NCBI RefSeq assembly: GCF_009914755.1
Contig: NC_060933.1
DNA from: the human T2T-CHM13v2.0 reference genome, Homo sapiens
Strand: one strand, 5' to 3'
Length of the DNA: 64,000 bases
The stretch's first letter is position 1, and each line of letters starts with the position of its first letter. The position numbers were made by a program, and so were the translations under genes. A model generated the notes under the pieces. The model did not search any database. It saw nothing but the letters and a program-made list of their open reading frames with translations, and had not been told where the DNA came from. Positions 1 through 25,872 of this stretch are shown one piece after another.

Positions 1-829
1 TGGCTTTTAACCTGTTTTCTGATTGATAAGAACTGCCGCTATTGATATTCTTTCTTCTATGTGTGCAGTGGGGTAAGAAATAGGCAAGAGAACCATGAAA
101 ACAAAGTAAGATTTCAAAGCACAGGAAACACATCAGGTTAAATTTCAATTTTTTTTCAGCCCAGTAAGAACAGAAATATAGTGATTAATAGTGAATCAAT
201 GGGTCTCTTATAAGCCAATGTATAAGATTTTATTCATAGGATTATAGGAATCCACTGATGGAAATAATATGACTTGTACTTTTAGACTAAATGTATATCT
301 GGCTTTATTCTTGGCCCACACTGCCTGAAGAATTAAGTACAACATTAATGTCAGTTCCTTAAGAAGGGTCTGTAGAAATTAGATGATGACACAGAATACA
401 TGCAGTATCTCCCTTTAAACTTCCCCCAAAGTTCTAAGTCATAGGAAAAAATAGCTTCTACTCTCTCAATTCTTATTGTAAGAATTCTTACTGTTACATG
501 TAAGAATGTAAGAGACCTTGGGTCCTAGGACAATGCCTGGAAAATAAGATCATGGAAAGAACAATGGCCAATTGAGAGTAAATTAAACCCAGAGCAGACA
601 GGACAGGCACAGGAAGCACACCATCCCATCCAATCACTCCCTCAAAGCCAGGTACAGAACGCAGGCCTGCAGTCTCCATCAAGTGTCATGTTTTTTTGTT
701 TGTTTGTTTGTTTGTTCATGGAGCATACAAAACTTGAATATCTAACTACCATTTAACTTTTTATCCCATTAAAAATAAAGGGTTTTTTTGTTTTGTTTTT
801 TGGAGATAGGGTCTCCCTCTATGCCGTCA

Positions 830-2132
<1,303 letters not shown>

Positions 2133-3474
2133 GCCATGATCTATTTCACAGCTCAGTTTAGTGGGGGAAGAACAGGACTGTGCTGGGGCTCCTGGCTAGA
2201 CCCCAGCTCTGCCTTTTGCTGCAAGCAAGGCCTTGGCCAGGACACAGCCCCTGTGTCCCCAGGTTTTCTCCTCTGTCATATGGGAATGATCCGATAGGGT
2301 TATAGGGATGATTAGACTGAACAACAGCAAGGGTATAAAATTGTGCCCAGCATAAGCAATCAGTGGTGTAATAGGTCAGGAGAAGGTGACCTGCAGGGCT
2401 CAGCGGTGATCGGGAGAGGTGATCACAATCAGCAGCTGGAGAGAGCCTCCAGGTCTTGGGAAACACTGCATTTCGACACAGGCAGTTTCACAGCATATTC
2501 AATTTCAGACACCATACACACCACATGCTTAGGATACCCGGACTTTATGTTGGTGTATTATTCTTTGCAGAAAGCATTTTAGTTTTAGTTTAGGTTTTGT
2601 TTTAAAGCCGGACCTGAGAATTAGAAGACAATCCTGGGAAACGTTCAGGCCTCTGCAGGCTGAGATGGGGCCCAGGACTATATCTCTGAGGAGGAAAGAG
2701 GAACCCATTGAATTTTGGGGAGTACAGGGAGCAGAGAGAAATTGCACTGGGTGTGCGTGTGCGTGCGTGCATGTGTGTATGTGCGTACACAAACAGAGGG
2801 GCTGGAGGAGGAAATCAGCAAGGCCCAGAGAAGGGTAGAGGATCTCGAGGCCCGAAGGGCTGGTACCGCACTTGGCTGGATGGCAGCACAGTGGCCTGAG
2901 GTTCATGGGTCATTTTTGCCCCCTCTCCATGCTCACGGACCCTTCATGACTGTCCACAGCTCTGAGATGTGGGCCTTGCCAGCTAGAACCAGGCATGCTC
3001 TCTGCCCATTTCTGAGGCAGTCGTTGGGACTGTGGGGCCGTGGACCCCGCCAGGCTGGCCTGTCCCCGGACACTCAGGATGCACTTCGGCCTCCTGGCTC
3101 CTGCAGGCACCTGCACGAGCCTCCTTTTGAAGGTAATTTCAGGAGTTGTTACAGCAACACCTGTGAACTGAGGCAGACGACAGGGCCACCACAGAGGTGA
3201 CACTGTGTGCAGGGAGGGGAGAGGGGAGCCACCTCTAGCTTTGCTTCCTGTGCCCCCAGGGAGTTGCCACTCATAGTGGGCTCCACCCTCCCCCCACCAA
3301 CATGTTCCCTATCATCCTCCAACAGCCACTGCCACCGTGCCCAGGGCCATCCGCACCGCTGAGTCCTGCACAGACCAGGGACCATCGGTCACCCCATCAC
3401 TTTGAGTTTCCTTCTGCCTGGGCCACATCCAGATTCTGGGATGGTTTCCACACTCAGCCTCACTTTGCCTTTGA

Positions 3475-3835
3475 CGCGCTATGGCCTAAATGTCAGTGTC
3501 TCCCAAATTTGTATGTTGAAGCCTAATTCCCAATGGGGTAGAATGAACAGGTGGGGCCTTTGGGAATGCCCTGAAACCAGACAGACTTTCTGAATAATCC
3601 CCTCCTGAAGGAAGGTAGTGCTCTCATCAAACAGGCTCCAGCAACCTCCCTTGTCCCCTTCGGCCACATGAGGACACAGCTAGAGGCACTGCCCTAAGGA
3701 ATGGGTCCTCACCAGGCCCTGAATCCTCAGGCATCTTGATTTCGGACTTCTCAGCCTTCAGAACTTTGACGACATATTTCGAGCGTCAGTAACTCCCCAG
3801 GCTAATGCACTTTGTTAGAGGAGCCCACCGGACTA
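3475..3835 (+). mobile_element. MaLR LTR (MST/MLT1-like); mirror copy at ~14430-14790
   Basis: ctatggcctaaatgtcagtgtctcccaaatttgtatgttgaagcctaa start and MaLR-like 3' motifs. Confidence 0.6.
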
Positions 3836-6800
3836 GGACGGGCCCTCCCTTCTCACCTGACGTCACATCCTCCCAGGATCCGCCCCTCACAAACTCATGC
3901 GTTGCGGGAATTCCTCGGGTGAAGGGGCCAGGAGAGGACCCTGTAAACTGCTCACAGGCAATCAGAGGTCCCTTAGAATGGGGAGGACAGCAAGCACGAC
4001 AGGAATCTATCAACAATGCACGACACACAGGACCCCAGCAGACCCTCACAGAAAAGGATCAAAGAGGGGAGGCAGGAGAGGGGACCCCCCACCACAGTGT
4101 GACAGCCTCCCACCCAGAACAGGGCAGTGGCAGAAGACGCAGGGAGAAGAGCCAACAAGAAGAAAGTGAGCCAGAAGATGCACCTCTCAGAGCCCAGAGT
4201 GGCTCCTGCTGTGTGCAGAGCCCAGGAACACCAGAAATCAGAGCTGCGTCTATGGTCCAAAGGGACGAGTCAGTCATTGACCACATCCTACATCACAAAA
4301 CAGGGGACTTTTCTAGAGTGAAGGCAAGGAGAGAACCTATTCACCACCCAAGAATGTATTCACTACCGAGGTGGGGAGCAAATATACAAGATTGGCGGGA
4401 CTGCCAGGCCCCGCCTTTTCCCACAGAGGAAGAGGATGAAGCCACATTCTGCAGGCTCTAGCAGGCTCCGAAGTTGGGGGCTGTGATCAAGAATAGGAAG
4501 GTCACACTCAGAGTTGGAAAGGCCCAGAAAACTAGGAAGTCCCCCCGTCAGCTACTGTGCCCCAGGCCACCCCTGTCCACCCACCCCAGTGCCTCCTGTC
4601 CCAGGGAGAAGAGTCTCTGGGTCCAGGACCCGAGGTCTGCAGAGACTCAGGAGACACAGAGTCCAGGGGTTCGCCACAAGCTTCATCCGAGGGTAAAATG
4701 CAAACCAGGATGAGGCATTTGATTCAGGGTCCTCCTGCACTGAGAAGAGGAAGGACAAGAAGAGCCATGGCCAAAGCAGGGGGAGTCAGGATGAGGCAGA
4801 GGCCCAGCTGCAGGCAGAGCCACCTCTGTGGTCCTAACCCGGGGATGCCAGGTTCCTCCGGCCACCCCCTCCCCATACTCCCCAGCTGGCTTGGGAGGAG
4901 GCTTGCCATCACTATCCCGAAATTCTGCTCCAACACTACGCATATAGAGCTTCTGACTCTCTAGAAGCAACGTCTGCATACGCCAAGACAACTTGAATGA
5001 CCCCCACCTAGCACGGCTCTCTAGTGACGCCCTCTGTCTGGCATCAGCTGGACTTCTGTGTCTCTTCTATCAGCCATGCTGGCTGCTGTCAAGGCAGTGC
5101 TTGGGTTTAAGGGATCCCAGGACTTTGTGCTCAGAGCGTGCAGGGCTCCACCTCACCCTTCCTGAGCGCCTGCCTGGGCTGCCCACGCACACCTGCGCTG
5201 GGGAGGGGCAGAGGCGGCCACACCCACCCACATCTAACCCTTCCTCTGGGCCAGCTGTTCACAGGCCAATAACTCCAAAATGCCACCCGTTCTTCATACA
5301 TTTCCAAAAGAAGGAATGAAGAATACGGTGGCATGTTCACAAGCCTTTTTCTTCTGGAGGAAAAACAAAACTTTGACCAATGACACAGATAAACCAAATG
5401 TCTGCCCTGCTCCCTGACAATCCTTCACTTTCTGCAACCACGTGCAGAGGTGGGTACGGACAAGGCCACTGAGGCTCCTATGAAAATAAACCTCTCAGTC
5501 ACCTTGAAAGATGGAGACATGCCATGGAGCTTCCTATTTCACCAAATGTGGAGGGGACGTTTTGGTGTGGCAGATCCTGCATTCCAAGAGTAAAGAAGAA
5601 ACAGGACCCACTGCTGGGACCCGGGGCCAGCAGCCCCAGGAGTCCCTGGGCATTCAGCTGGAGGTGGCTCCCACTGCATTACCACCCACGGTGCAGCAGC
5701 CCCCCCGTTCTTCCCTTCTGTCCATCAGGACCCATGGAACTGGGCACCCGGCTCTGGGGTATGGAGAGCACACAGGAGGCCTGGCTCCTCCTCACCCCTG
5801 ACTCTACAGAATTGAGTCTCAACTCAAGTCCCACATACAGGTCTTGGCTTTCTTTCCTGTTCCAACCCCAGAGAGGGCACCGATGCCCAGAGTGAGGGGA
5901 CGGTTACTTGACCTCCAGGTGTGGAGCATCCCTGGCCAGCTGCTGGGAACCCCGCAGACCGAGGGTGTGGCTGGTACAGGGGGAAAGTGAGATCCTCTCC
6001 TCCTCTCTCCTGCCAAGAGGGGGCCAAGGAGAGAAGGGCCAGGGAAAGGTCCACTAACAAAACTGAGTGGGGAGGAGGGGTGACAGTCACAGCTTTCTAC
6101 ACGGAATCCTGCATGCCACAGGAAGTGTCCCCACCTGCTTCCATGCTGGGAACACAGTATTAGACCTCGGCACGAGCCACATGTCCCTGCCCACCCCTCG
6201 CCCAGAGGGGGATCAGGAACAGGAAGGAGTTTCCAGTGCCATGGACAAGCCCCGGGTGAGCACAGGATGGGGGGTCCTGCTGTGGTGGGTCCTGGGCTGA
6301 CCGGAGCAGGCCCTAGAAGCAGGCGAGGTGCTGTGCAGTCTGCAGCGTAACTCTGAACTTGACAATGAGGTCTCCCCGCTGAGTGCATACCTTGAGGAAG
6401 AGAAGCATCTTTCCATGGAGTCTGCCCCATTGCCTGCCAATGGCATTCGTGCCCATCTAGAGGACCAGCCGCCGCCCCTGCTGGCTGCCAATGTCCTTTC
6501 AGGCAAACACGGCACCTTGAGAAAATGAGGCAGAGAGTGAGGGAAGGGTTTGAGTAGGAAAGTCACCAGCTGGTACTGACAAGGACACTGAGGGAACAGT
6601 GGTTCCATCTGAGCAGAAGTGTGTGCCAGGGCTTCTCTTGGAGCACAAAGACAATGCTGCAGGGATGGCTTCTGGCCTGGAAACTCCCTTTTTGGAAAGT
6701 GACCTGTGGCTCCAGGTAGCTGTTCTGTGTGCGACGGTGCTGAATCTTGTCCTTGTCCTTGGTGGGACCCCCTGTGCTCAGGGTGGAGGAGCTCTCTGTG

Positions 6801-7222
6801 ACCTCCCTGGACCAGGTAGCGCCACGGGAGATCCCCTTCAGGCACTCTTGCACACAGGTCTGCCCCGCCATCTGCAGGAAGCGTGCGGTGTTCCCGGCTC
6901 TCCTTAGACACTCTCAGCAGCTGAAGTCACTCCAAGCATCCAAGGGAGGCTTCTCCCTGCACCTCTGGGTCATGTGGTCAAGGCCAATGCAGGGCAGAGG
7001 AGTGACCGCTGGAAAAGAAGAGCCCAGATGAAGTGCAGTCACCTACCTGAGGCCGGGCTCCCCTGGAAGTCCCCATGAAGTAAGTCTAGGAAGAAACCAC
7101 CAGAGGGCCCCTAGATACCCAGTGGGGAGGGAAAGGGCAGTGCGGCTCGTCTTCATGGAGCGATTGCTACAGTGCTGGGATTTCATCACGCCTGCTAGCT
7201 TCATTAGTTACTATTCCCATGA

Positions 7223-7560
<338 letters not shown>

Positions 7561-9006
7561 TTAATGCAACATTTTAAAAATCAAAATTCATGCTAAATAT
7601 TCCATTGTGAGCAAAATATCCACATTTTAAATCAAGCCATGGTCAGATCCTGTAACTGCAACACTCTGAGAGTTGTACAAGCGTTGGGCACGATGGGAAA
7701 CTAAATTTTGGCAAATTCCATTCAACCTATAAAGTTGTCACCAAAGAAAAGGAAAAGTACTCACTTGCGGAATGTTCCAGACAGCTCCCAGGCACACTGC
7801 ACTGCCAGAGATGGGGGATCTGCTCCCCGAGGACTGGGGCTTTTCCAATGAAGGCCATTTTCCAGTTTCGTCTAAAAGCACAGAAGGACTTCGTGAAATG
7901 TTTGGCTTCTTCCTAAGGGAAGGAGGTGCCTACAGCGTTGCCATCACTGCTGCTGGCCACAGGAAGATGCGTACATATCGTCCCGCCCTAAGATCGTGTT
8001 TTGAAAGTGGGCGACTTTGGAAATTAACTGAGGCTGTAACCGCAGAGCTGACGGGATGGGGGAGCTGCTCTGATGAGTCTCCAGAGCGGCCCGGTGACCG
8101 CAGGAGCTCTGAGTCATCAAAGACCGGGGCCAGGGAGCCTGGAAGAGGAAGGGCCCGCTGCTCCCGGGCCACGCCGGGACACATGAGTTAGGGGCAAAAT
8201 TTAATGCCGCAACAAAGCGACTCATTTTTTTGGAACTGAGGCTGTTCCAGAACTTCTTACTCACTCTCGGCGCCGCCCCCGCGCTTCCAGGCCCCGGACC
8301 CGCCGCAAACACCGCTGGGCTTGGACTCAAACCGCGGTCCGGTCCCACCCGGTCTGGTCCAGTCCCGTTGGAGGCGGCGGTTGGGCTCAGCGCCAGGCGC
8401 GCGCCCTCTGCTGGCCGTTGGGAAGCGGCGAGGGAAGCGCTGAGCTCGCGGCCGAGCGGTGGTCGCTCGCCCCCTCGCGGGCTCTCCCGGAATCGCTGAC
8501 ATTCTCCGTCCCTTGCTCTCTGCTCCTGGCTGGGGACGCTCTGCTCCAGCCTTGCCTGCTCCCTTTCCTGGGATACGCCTTGGAGCCATGGCTTAAAAGT
8601 AAGGACATCTTCATGCATTTGAGATACCTGAATAGTAGATATCTGAATAGTATCTCCTCTTAGTCAGGCCTGAATACAAAGACCTGCTCCTAGTTCTCTT
8701 GGGAAACAGGACATAGTCTCAAAATCCAGAAGACCCAAGACTCCTGTTCCCACCACCACATTCTGCAGGCTTCAACCAGCTGGACATGGAGGGCCATGGT
8801 GGTGCGTGAGATAAGATCTCCTGGAGAAACTACTATCCTCCAGCCTTGATCACTATCAGGAAGATGAAAGCAGGAAATCTACTTTGTCCCTGTTTGGGAA
8901 TCGCTGTCTAAAGGTTCTTCCAAAAATTTGCCCCCATCTGAAGGCAAAGAAATACAGTCTTTGCCTGGGAGGTTTTTAGGGGTGAAATTGAAGTGCTCTT
9001 CTTCCA

Positions 9007-9150
9007 CCAGGCGCGATGTATCACGCCTGTAATCCTAGCATTTGGGAGGCTGGAGGTGAGAGAGGTGAGAGGCTGAGGGGGAAGGATCCCTTGAGGCCAA
9101 AGTTAGAGACCAGCCTGGGTAACATAACAAGACCCCATCTTAAAAAAAAT
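9007..9150 (+). mobile_element. FLAM / Alu monomer in the spacer
   Basis: cacgcctgtaatcctagca...gagaccagcctgggtaacataacaagacccc followed by an A-tail. Confidence 0.7.
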
Positions 9151-9757
9151 TACATTACATGAAAATATGGTTTTATTTCCCTTCATGTGACGTTTCCCAC
9201 AGGAAAACTGTAGAGGAAGTTAAACTTGTGGCTCTTTCTAATCAATTATACAGATGGTTTGCCCAGCTCAAAAAGAAATCGCAACTCTTTTGCCCCGGTT
9301 GGCAAATATTAGTACCAAAATCATGGAATTATTTTGACAATATCTTGTACATTATGAGTTACAAAAATGTTTAGAGAGAAGAAAATTTGTATTCCTTGAA
9401 TGAATATTATTTGTAATATTCTTTGATCTATTACAATGATATAAAATGGCATTTGCTGTTCTTCTGTTTGAACTTATCTTGTGACACTTTCTTCAGAATG
9501 GTATTTTGTTAAAACTGGTAGGTATTATAAAAATAAACAGTGACCAGTAGCTTGATTGTATTACAAATTTTTCTTTCATGTAAGAGGTTGGGGCAGGTAT
9601 TTCTCATCAGGTGACTCACCTGTTTGGCTGTCTCCCAAACAGTGATTTAGAACATGGGTTACCTGGTGTTTTGAGGCTTTGATTACCGTATAACTGATTT
9701 TGTAATTGTGGTGCTTAGGTCTATTCCAATCCATGTAAATGGAGCGTCCCCATCGCT

Positions 9758-17430
<7,673 letters not shown>

Positions 17431-17491
17431 GATCACATGGCCCTCCCCAAGGGTTTCTGAGCGAGCAGGTCTGATGGAGCTGAGTAGTTGC

Positions 17492-17797
<306 letters not shown>

Positions 17798-17899
17798 AGT
17801 AGTTGCATTTTAACCAATTCCAGGCAATGCTGATGCTGTAGGTGCTGTATCCACACATGTGAGCCGCTCGCCCACTTCGTAGAACTGGAAAGCCAGGTG

Positions 17900-18185
17900 G
17901 GGCACCATGGTTCATGCCTGTAATCCCAGCACTTTGGGAGGCTGAGGCAGGAAGATCCCTTTAGACCAGGAGTTCAACACTAGCCTGGGCAACATAGCAA
18001 GACCTCATTTCTACACAATAATTTTTAAAATTAGGCAGGTATGGTGGCGTGTGCCTGTCTAGCTATTCAGGAAGGAGGCTGAGGTGGGAGGATCACTTGA
18101 GACCAGGAGGTCAAGGCTACGACGAGCTATGATTGTGCCACTACACTCCAGCCTGAAGGACAGAACAAGACCATTAAAAAAAGCA
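17900..18185 (+). mobile_element. Alu (old, AluJ-like)
   Basis: Diverged sense Alu dimer. Confidence 0.85.
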
Positions 18186-18609
18186 AAAGCTAAAGGCATA
18201 ATTTTCTTGGGGTTCCTCATCTCATGTGTTCCTTTTAAGACCTGGAAGAAGGAAGCATCTTACGTAGGAGATGTTTGCCAAGAACAGTTTGTTGTTGTTT
18301 ACTCACTGCACAGTGGCACAGATAAGATGGCCTTTTTTCTACTTACAGAAGCTGTATGTAGAGGCTATTTTAAGACAACAACAAACCCAGACGCTCCCCT
18401 ATCAATTTAAAGACCATTTTTAAGGACTTTTAAGGAAAATAGTCAAAAGCTTTTTTTTTTCTAGAAGAGTTTCTGGTGCTCATGCAGGTGGTTGAGTGAG
18501 GTCAACATGCAACCATAGCAACAGTGATGGAGCAGAATATTGTGGACACAAAGTAAACCACAGTCCTGAAAGGCGATTTCGGAGTGAATGATATATAACG
18601 GTCCAATAA

Positions 18610-19354
<745 letters not shown>

Positions 19355-19409
19355 TACTAAAAGACACTGAATTGTCCACTTTAAAAGGATGAATTGTATG
19401 GCGTGGTAT

Positions 19410-20183
<774 letters not shown>

Positions 20184-20308
20184 TCATCAACAGAGGCCAT
20201 GACTGTGCCAGCTATGGGGCAGGAGATACTTTTAAATAATTTGCTGGCTTAACCAAATGTTGATACTTAGCCCCATGGATGCCTAAGGGAATACTTAGTT
20301 AAATATGA

Positions 20309-20686
<378 letters not shown>

Positions 20687-21717
20687 TAAATAGAAATTTA
20701 AAATTCAATGATTCAAAAATTCAGATGAATTTAAAGAATTTGTCTCTATGCAATGGATAACATACCATTTTTTTTCTTTTTATTCAAACTCATTTTCCAA
20801 CCCATAACCAGTCACTGAAATTTCAGGTATCCTAGGCGAACTTTTCCCTATGATTCATTTTCATTTACTTTTCATTGATTTTATTTTACAGACTTGTGAG
20901 TATTAAATAAATAGCTCTCACTGAGAGCTATTAAATGACAGAAGATGTTTAAGTATTATAACATTTAGTTGTTACAGTAAACTCATTAATATTATGTACT
21001 TGTCCTATTTGGGCTAAGTAGAAATGTTTGCATAAATTTCTATACAAGGCCAGCTTGCACCACATTGACTACACAAAGCAAATCGTAGGTGTATGACTGT
21101 CGCATTGCTGAATACATTCAGATAATCAGAGGCTCCTTGCATAACTTGTAGCCCAAGCATCGCCAGGATGGCCATGGGAATTGTCATCTGACACCTGATG
21201 TCACGTCCTGGGAAACACATTCAGACCCTTTGGATGCACAGAGGCAGTGGGGCATCAAGGGTGTGAGTCTTTTCTTTCTGTGACCCAGGTGAGTAACTTG
21301 CTTCCCCATATGTGCCCTGCTAGTGGACCCGGCTCATAACAGCTCCAGACCCTGATGCTACTGGTGGAGGCCAAATTAAAGCATAAGGGAGTGGTTATTC
21401 AGGAGGGATATTTCCAAGCTATAGAAGCTAACCAATTGCTTTCCTCTGCTCCAGATATATTTCTTCCTAAAGAACCAGGACTCTGTGGGTGATCAACAGT
21501 TACAATACTGATTAGACACTTAGGAATTTTTATTCAGTCTTTTCCTAACCCTGCAGGGACCTTCCTATTTCTTCCCATAATTGCCACGTCTTTTTTTTCA
21601 CTCCAGGAATTCTCCTGTCAGAATTCATCTCAGTTTCCCATGCTCTCTTGGCCTTTGTAAACTGGCTGGCAGGAAGTCTGGGATCCCAGGATCCTGTCTG
21701 TTAATAACAGCAAATTT

Positions 21718-22020
21718 AGACGGGTGTGGCGGCTCACACTTGTAATCCCAGCACTTTGGGAGGCTGAGGCAGGTGGATCACTTGAGGCCAGGAGTTCGAG
21801 ACCAACTCCTGGCTAACATGGGGAAAATTTTTGTATTTTCTCTACTAAAAATATAAAAATCACCTGAGCCTGGTGGTGCATGCCTGTAATCCCAGCTGCT
21901 TGGGAGGCTGAGGCACGAGAATTGCTTCAACCTGGGAGGCAGAAGTAATAGTGATCTGAGATTGCACTCTAGCCTGGGCGACAGAGCAAGACTCTGTCTC
22001 TAAATAAATAATAAACAAAA
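21718..22020 (+). mobile_element. Alu
   Basis: Sense Alu dimer with (TAAA)n tail. Confidence 0.88.
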
Positions 22021-22973
22021 TTAAGAAGAGATAGGGTTGGTAAAGAGGAGCCAGTAAAGGACATGGAAACAGGCAGGCCACCAAAGGTGGTTGTAGTGGC
22101 AACTCCTGCTTTTCTTCCAAGTCATAGACCTGCCTCCCTTGGATTGGGGAGATGCCTCCTGTTTTTTTCCTGTAATCTCAACTCCATTTGTTTATGGCAC
22201 TGTAAAAATATATGTCCCTTTTTCTAACCTCTTGGGATTCCCTGAGGACAGGGACTGTGCCTGAGCATTTTTGTGTCCCAAGCACCTAGCATCTACGAGT
22301 GGACAGGCATTTTCTGGGCTCAGGGCCTCTTCCTGCTCTTTCATCCTTAAGCATTATTTGCTGGCCCACTTAAAGAGGAACCATCAGACTGAAGTGGCTG
22401 TAATGCCTTGGGTTCCCACAGAAGCAAACCAAAACCTAAGTCAAATGCATTTCTTATAAATGACTGACTGAGAGGAAATGAAATTTAAGCTTCACCAATC
22501 CAAAACCTCCAGCTAACCTCCAATTACATAACTAGGGGACTTTTATCTGGGTAATCCAAATAAGGCAACAACATAATTGTAAACAATCAATTATTTTCCA
22601 TGCTTTGCTTCCTCATTCACCTTATAAAAGCCTTTCCTTCAAGCCTCTCAAATGAAGCTCCAGTCCACGGTTGGGTGCTGCCCAATCCATGGATTTTCGT
22701 TTGCTCAAATAAACTCTTTGAATTGTTAATCGTGCCTCAGTTTAATTTCTAACACAGTCAACCTTCTTCAGTCCTTCAGTGAGGTAGAAGATATGGAAGA
22801 AAAAGTCCAAGGAAGAATTACCTAGGATCAACACAGAAAGTAAAAGGAAATGAGAATGTGCAGAAGAACAGTTAGTTTCCTTTGAAGTATTAAGGGAGCT
22901 TCCTTAATCCTACCTGGACAGTGAAGATCTCTGAGGCCATTGGTGAAAACATCTTCAGACCACCCTAATATCT

Positions 22974-23585
22974 TTTTTTAAATTTTTTATTTTTTTATTT
23001 TTTGAGATGGAGTCTCACTCTGTCTCCAAGCTGGAGTGCAGTGGCACGATCTCACTGCAACCTCCCCCTCCCGGGTTCAAGCAATTCTCCTGCCTCAGCC
23101 TCCCAAGTAGCTGGGACTACAGGCACATGCCACCACACCCAGCTAATTTTTGTATTTTTAGCAGAGACGGGGTTTCACCATGTTGGCCAGGATGGTCTTG
23201 ATCTCTTGCCCTCATGATCTGCCCGCCTCGGCCTCCCAAAGTGCTGGGATTACAGGCACGAGCCACTGCGCCTGGCCCCCACATCCTTTTTATTTAAAAA
23301 ATTGTTTTTGAGACAGTGTCTCGCTCTGTTGCCCAGGCTGGAGTGCAGTGATACAATCACGGCTCACTGCAGCCTCAACCTCCAGGCTCAAGCAATCCTC
23401 CCACCTCAGCCTCCTGAGTAGCTGGGACGACAGGCACACTCTACCATGTCCACCTAATTTTATATTTTGTAGATACAGGATCTCACTATGTTGCCCAGGC
23501 TGGTCACAAACTCCTGGGCTCAAGCAATCCTCCCACCTCAGCCTCCCAAAATGCTGGGGTTACAGGTGTGAGCCACCATACTTGT
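22974..23585 (-). mobile_element. Two tandem antisense Alus (22974-23277 and 23288-23585)
   Basis: Two consecutive Alu dimers; the second is AluJ-like. Confidence 0.88.
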
Positions 23586-23759
23586 CCCTCACCTCCATAT
23601 AGTGCGACATGTCATTTTCCTAATACAGACTCTCATTATTCTCTCATTTTTTCAAAAGAGAAACTGTGTTTCCACTATGTCTTCATTTTTCTTATCCCCA
23701 GATCTTCCTCCATACATAACTTTTTTCTTTTTAAATTCAGACATGCACAAATATTTCTG

Positions 23760-24225
23760 TTGTATCAATTAGGAATAAGTATGAATGCTCACAACAGAAA
23801 ACCCAATTTATAGTGACTTAGGTTTTATTTTTCTTAGGTAACAAGGAGAATAGAAGCAGGCAGTCTAGGACTGGAGTGATGGCTCCGCTGTGCCACCAAA
23901 AGTTCTGCTTCCTTCTGTGTCTGCCTGCCCAGCCTGACCTTGTGGCTTGTGTCCTCATGCTCATCACCTTCTGGTTACAAGACACCCATGACCTATAGCA
24001 TATGATCCCACTTCCAGCCTGAAAAGAAAGAAAAGGCAAAGGGCAAAAATCTTGCTCTAGTTGAGTTTGCCTCCTTGTAAATAACTTTCCTAGAAGCCCC
24101 ACCCAACAACTTACGTTTACATCTCATTGGCCAGAACTGTGTCATGTGGCCAGTTTGGGTGCAGGGGAGGCTGAGAAGATTTAAGTTGGGCACATTGCTA
24201 TCCTTAACAAAATCAGGGTCTGTCC
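23760..24225. mobile_element. MLT1-type MaLR LTR
   Basis: Motifs such as atctcattggccagaactgtgtcatgtggcc...ggaggctgagaa typical of old MLT1. Confidence 0.55.
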
Positions 24226-25563
24226 GCAGGGAAGAGGAAAGAGTAGATATTGGGTGGACAATCAGCGGTATCTGCCATAACTGTCCGAAAAACAAAATTT
24301 GGGTAGGTATTAGATTGGCATAACCTTCCTGGAAAATATTTTGGAATTATGAATCAAGGGCCTTAAAAATAGCTCCACTCTCACCTAGTAATTGCATTTC
24401 TAGAAGTCTGTCCTAAGAAAAGAGTCAGAAGTACAGATCAAGAATTCTGTGCATAATTTTTGTCTTTAAATTTTAATTATAATAAATTCTAACTTTTTGA
24501 AGAGGTCATACATTTACATGCTTCAGAATTAAAAAGGGACAAAAGACTTCAAAGAATAATCTCCCGCCTACACCTGTCTTCCCCCCATTTAGTTTCCCTT
24601 TTCTGGAAGTAACCAGTGTTATCAGTTGCTTATGTATATTTCTGAAAGTACTCTTTACATATACAGCAAACACTTGGGTGTGTGTTTATGAGATACACAC
24701 GCATTCTTTCTTTTTTCATACAAATGGTAACATGCTATTCATATGACTGTGTGTCTTGGTTTTTTTCACTTAACGAGATATTTTGGAGTTAATTTCATAT
24801 AAGAGTTTCCTTGTACTTATGAAAATATGGACCATAATTTATTTAATCAGATCCTTATAATCAAACATTTAGATTGTTTGTAACAGCAAAATTACAGTAT
24901 AGTGTATAATCCTGTATATAATGCCATTTTGTAAATGTGCTAGTTTTATCCACAGGATAAATTCCTAGTAGCAGGATTGTTGGGCTACAGGACATGTGCA
25001 TTCACAGCATTGTTTATAACAGGGAAAGATGGAAAGTAAATTAAATTGTCCTACTTAAGGGAGCAAATTATATACATTATATTACATTTCTATGGTGCAG
25101 TATTACACAGCCCGGGAAGATGCTAATGAACTATGTTAGAGAATTGTGATGTACATACACATACAGACACTGGTGCATACATATCCATAAAGTTCTGACT
25201 ATAACTGAAAGAACATATCACTGTTCATTGTGGTTTATTTGGTAACAACTGTAGGATTATGAAGGGATGACAATCCCAAATTTTATCCCATACTGGAATG
25301 TTATTAAAATAATAAAGGAGTTTGCGGATTAGCCAAGTACATTGTCTTCTCAGGTGTCTAGATTCAATATTATCCCCCTCTACTTTCAAGACTAGAATGT
25401 GCAAGTCTTCAGAGAAAAGAAGGATGCTTCTTGGGCATTCCAGGTATTTCCTAAGCTTGAGCAATTCACCTCTTTTATGTCTACTTTGCATTTATACTTA
25501 CAAACAGGAACAGGCAGGTCACAGAAAAAACTTAACGTTCAAGCTCAATAATAAAGAAACACC

Positions 25564-25872
<309 letters not shown>

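Noticed and set aside
3805-4461. 218-aa ORF (mirror 13804-14460) and the other long ORFs in the arms (203-232 aa)
   Set aside because: No recognisable domain. The 218-aa ORF starts inside a MaLR LTR relic. GC-rich sequence yields overlapping chance ORFs, and their duplication merely reflects the palindrome.
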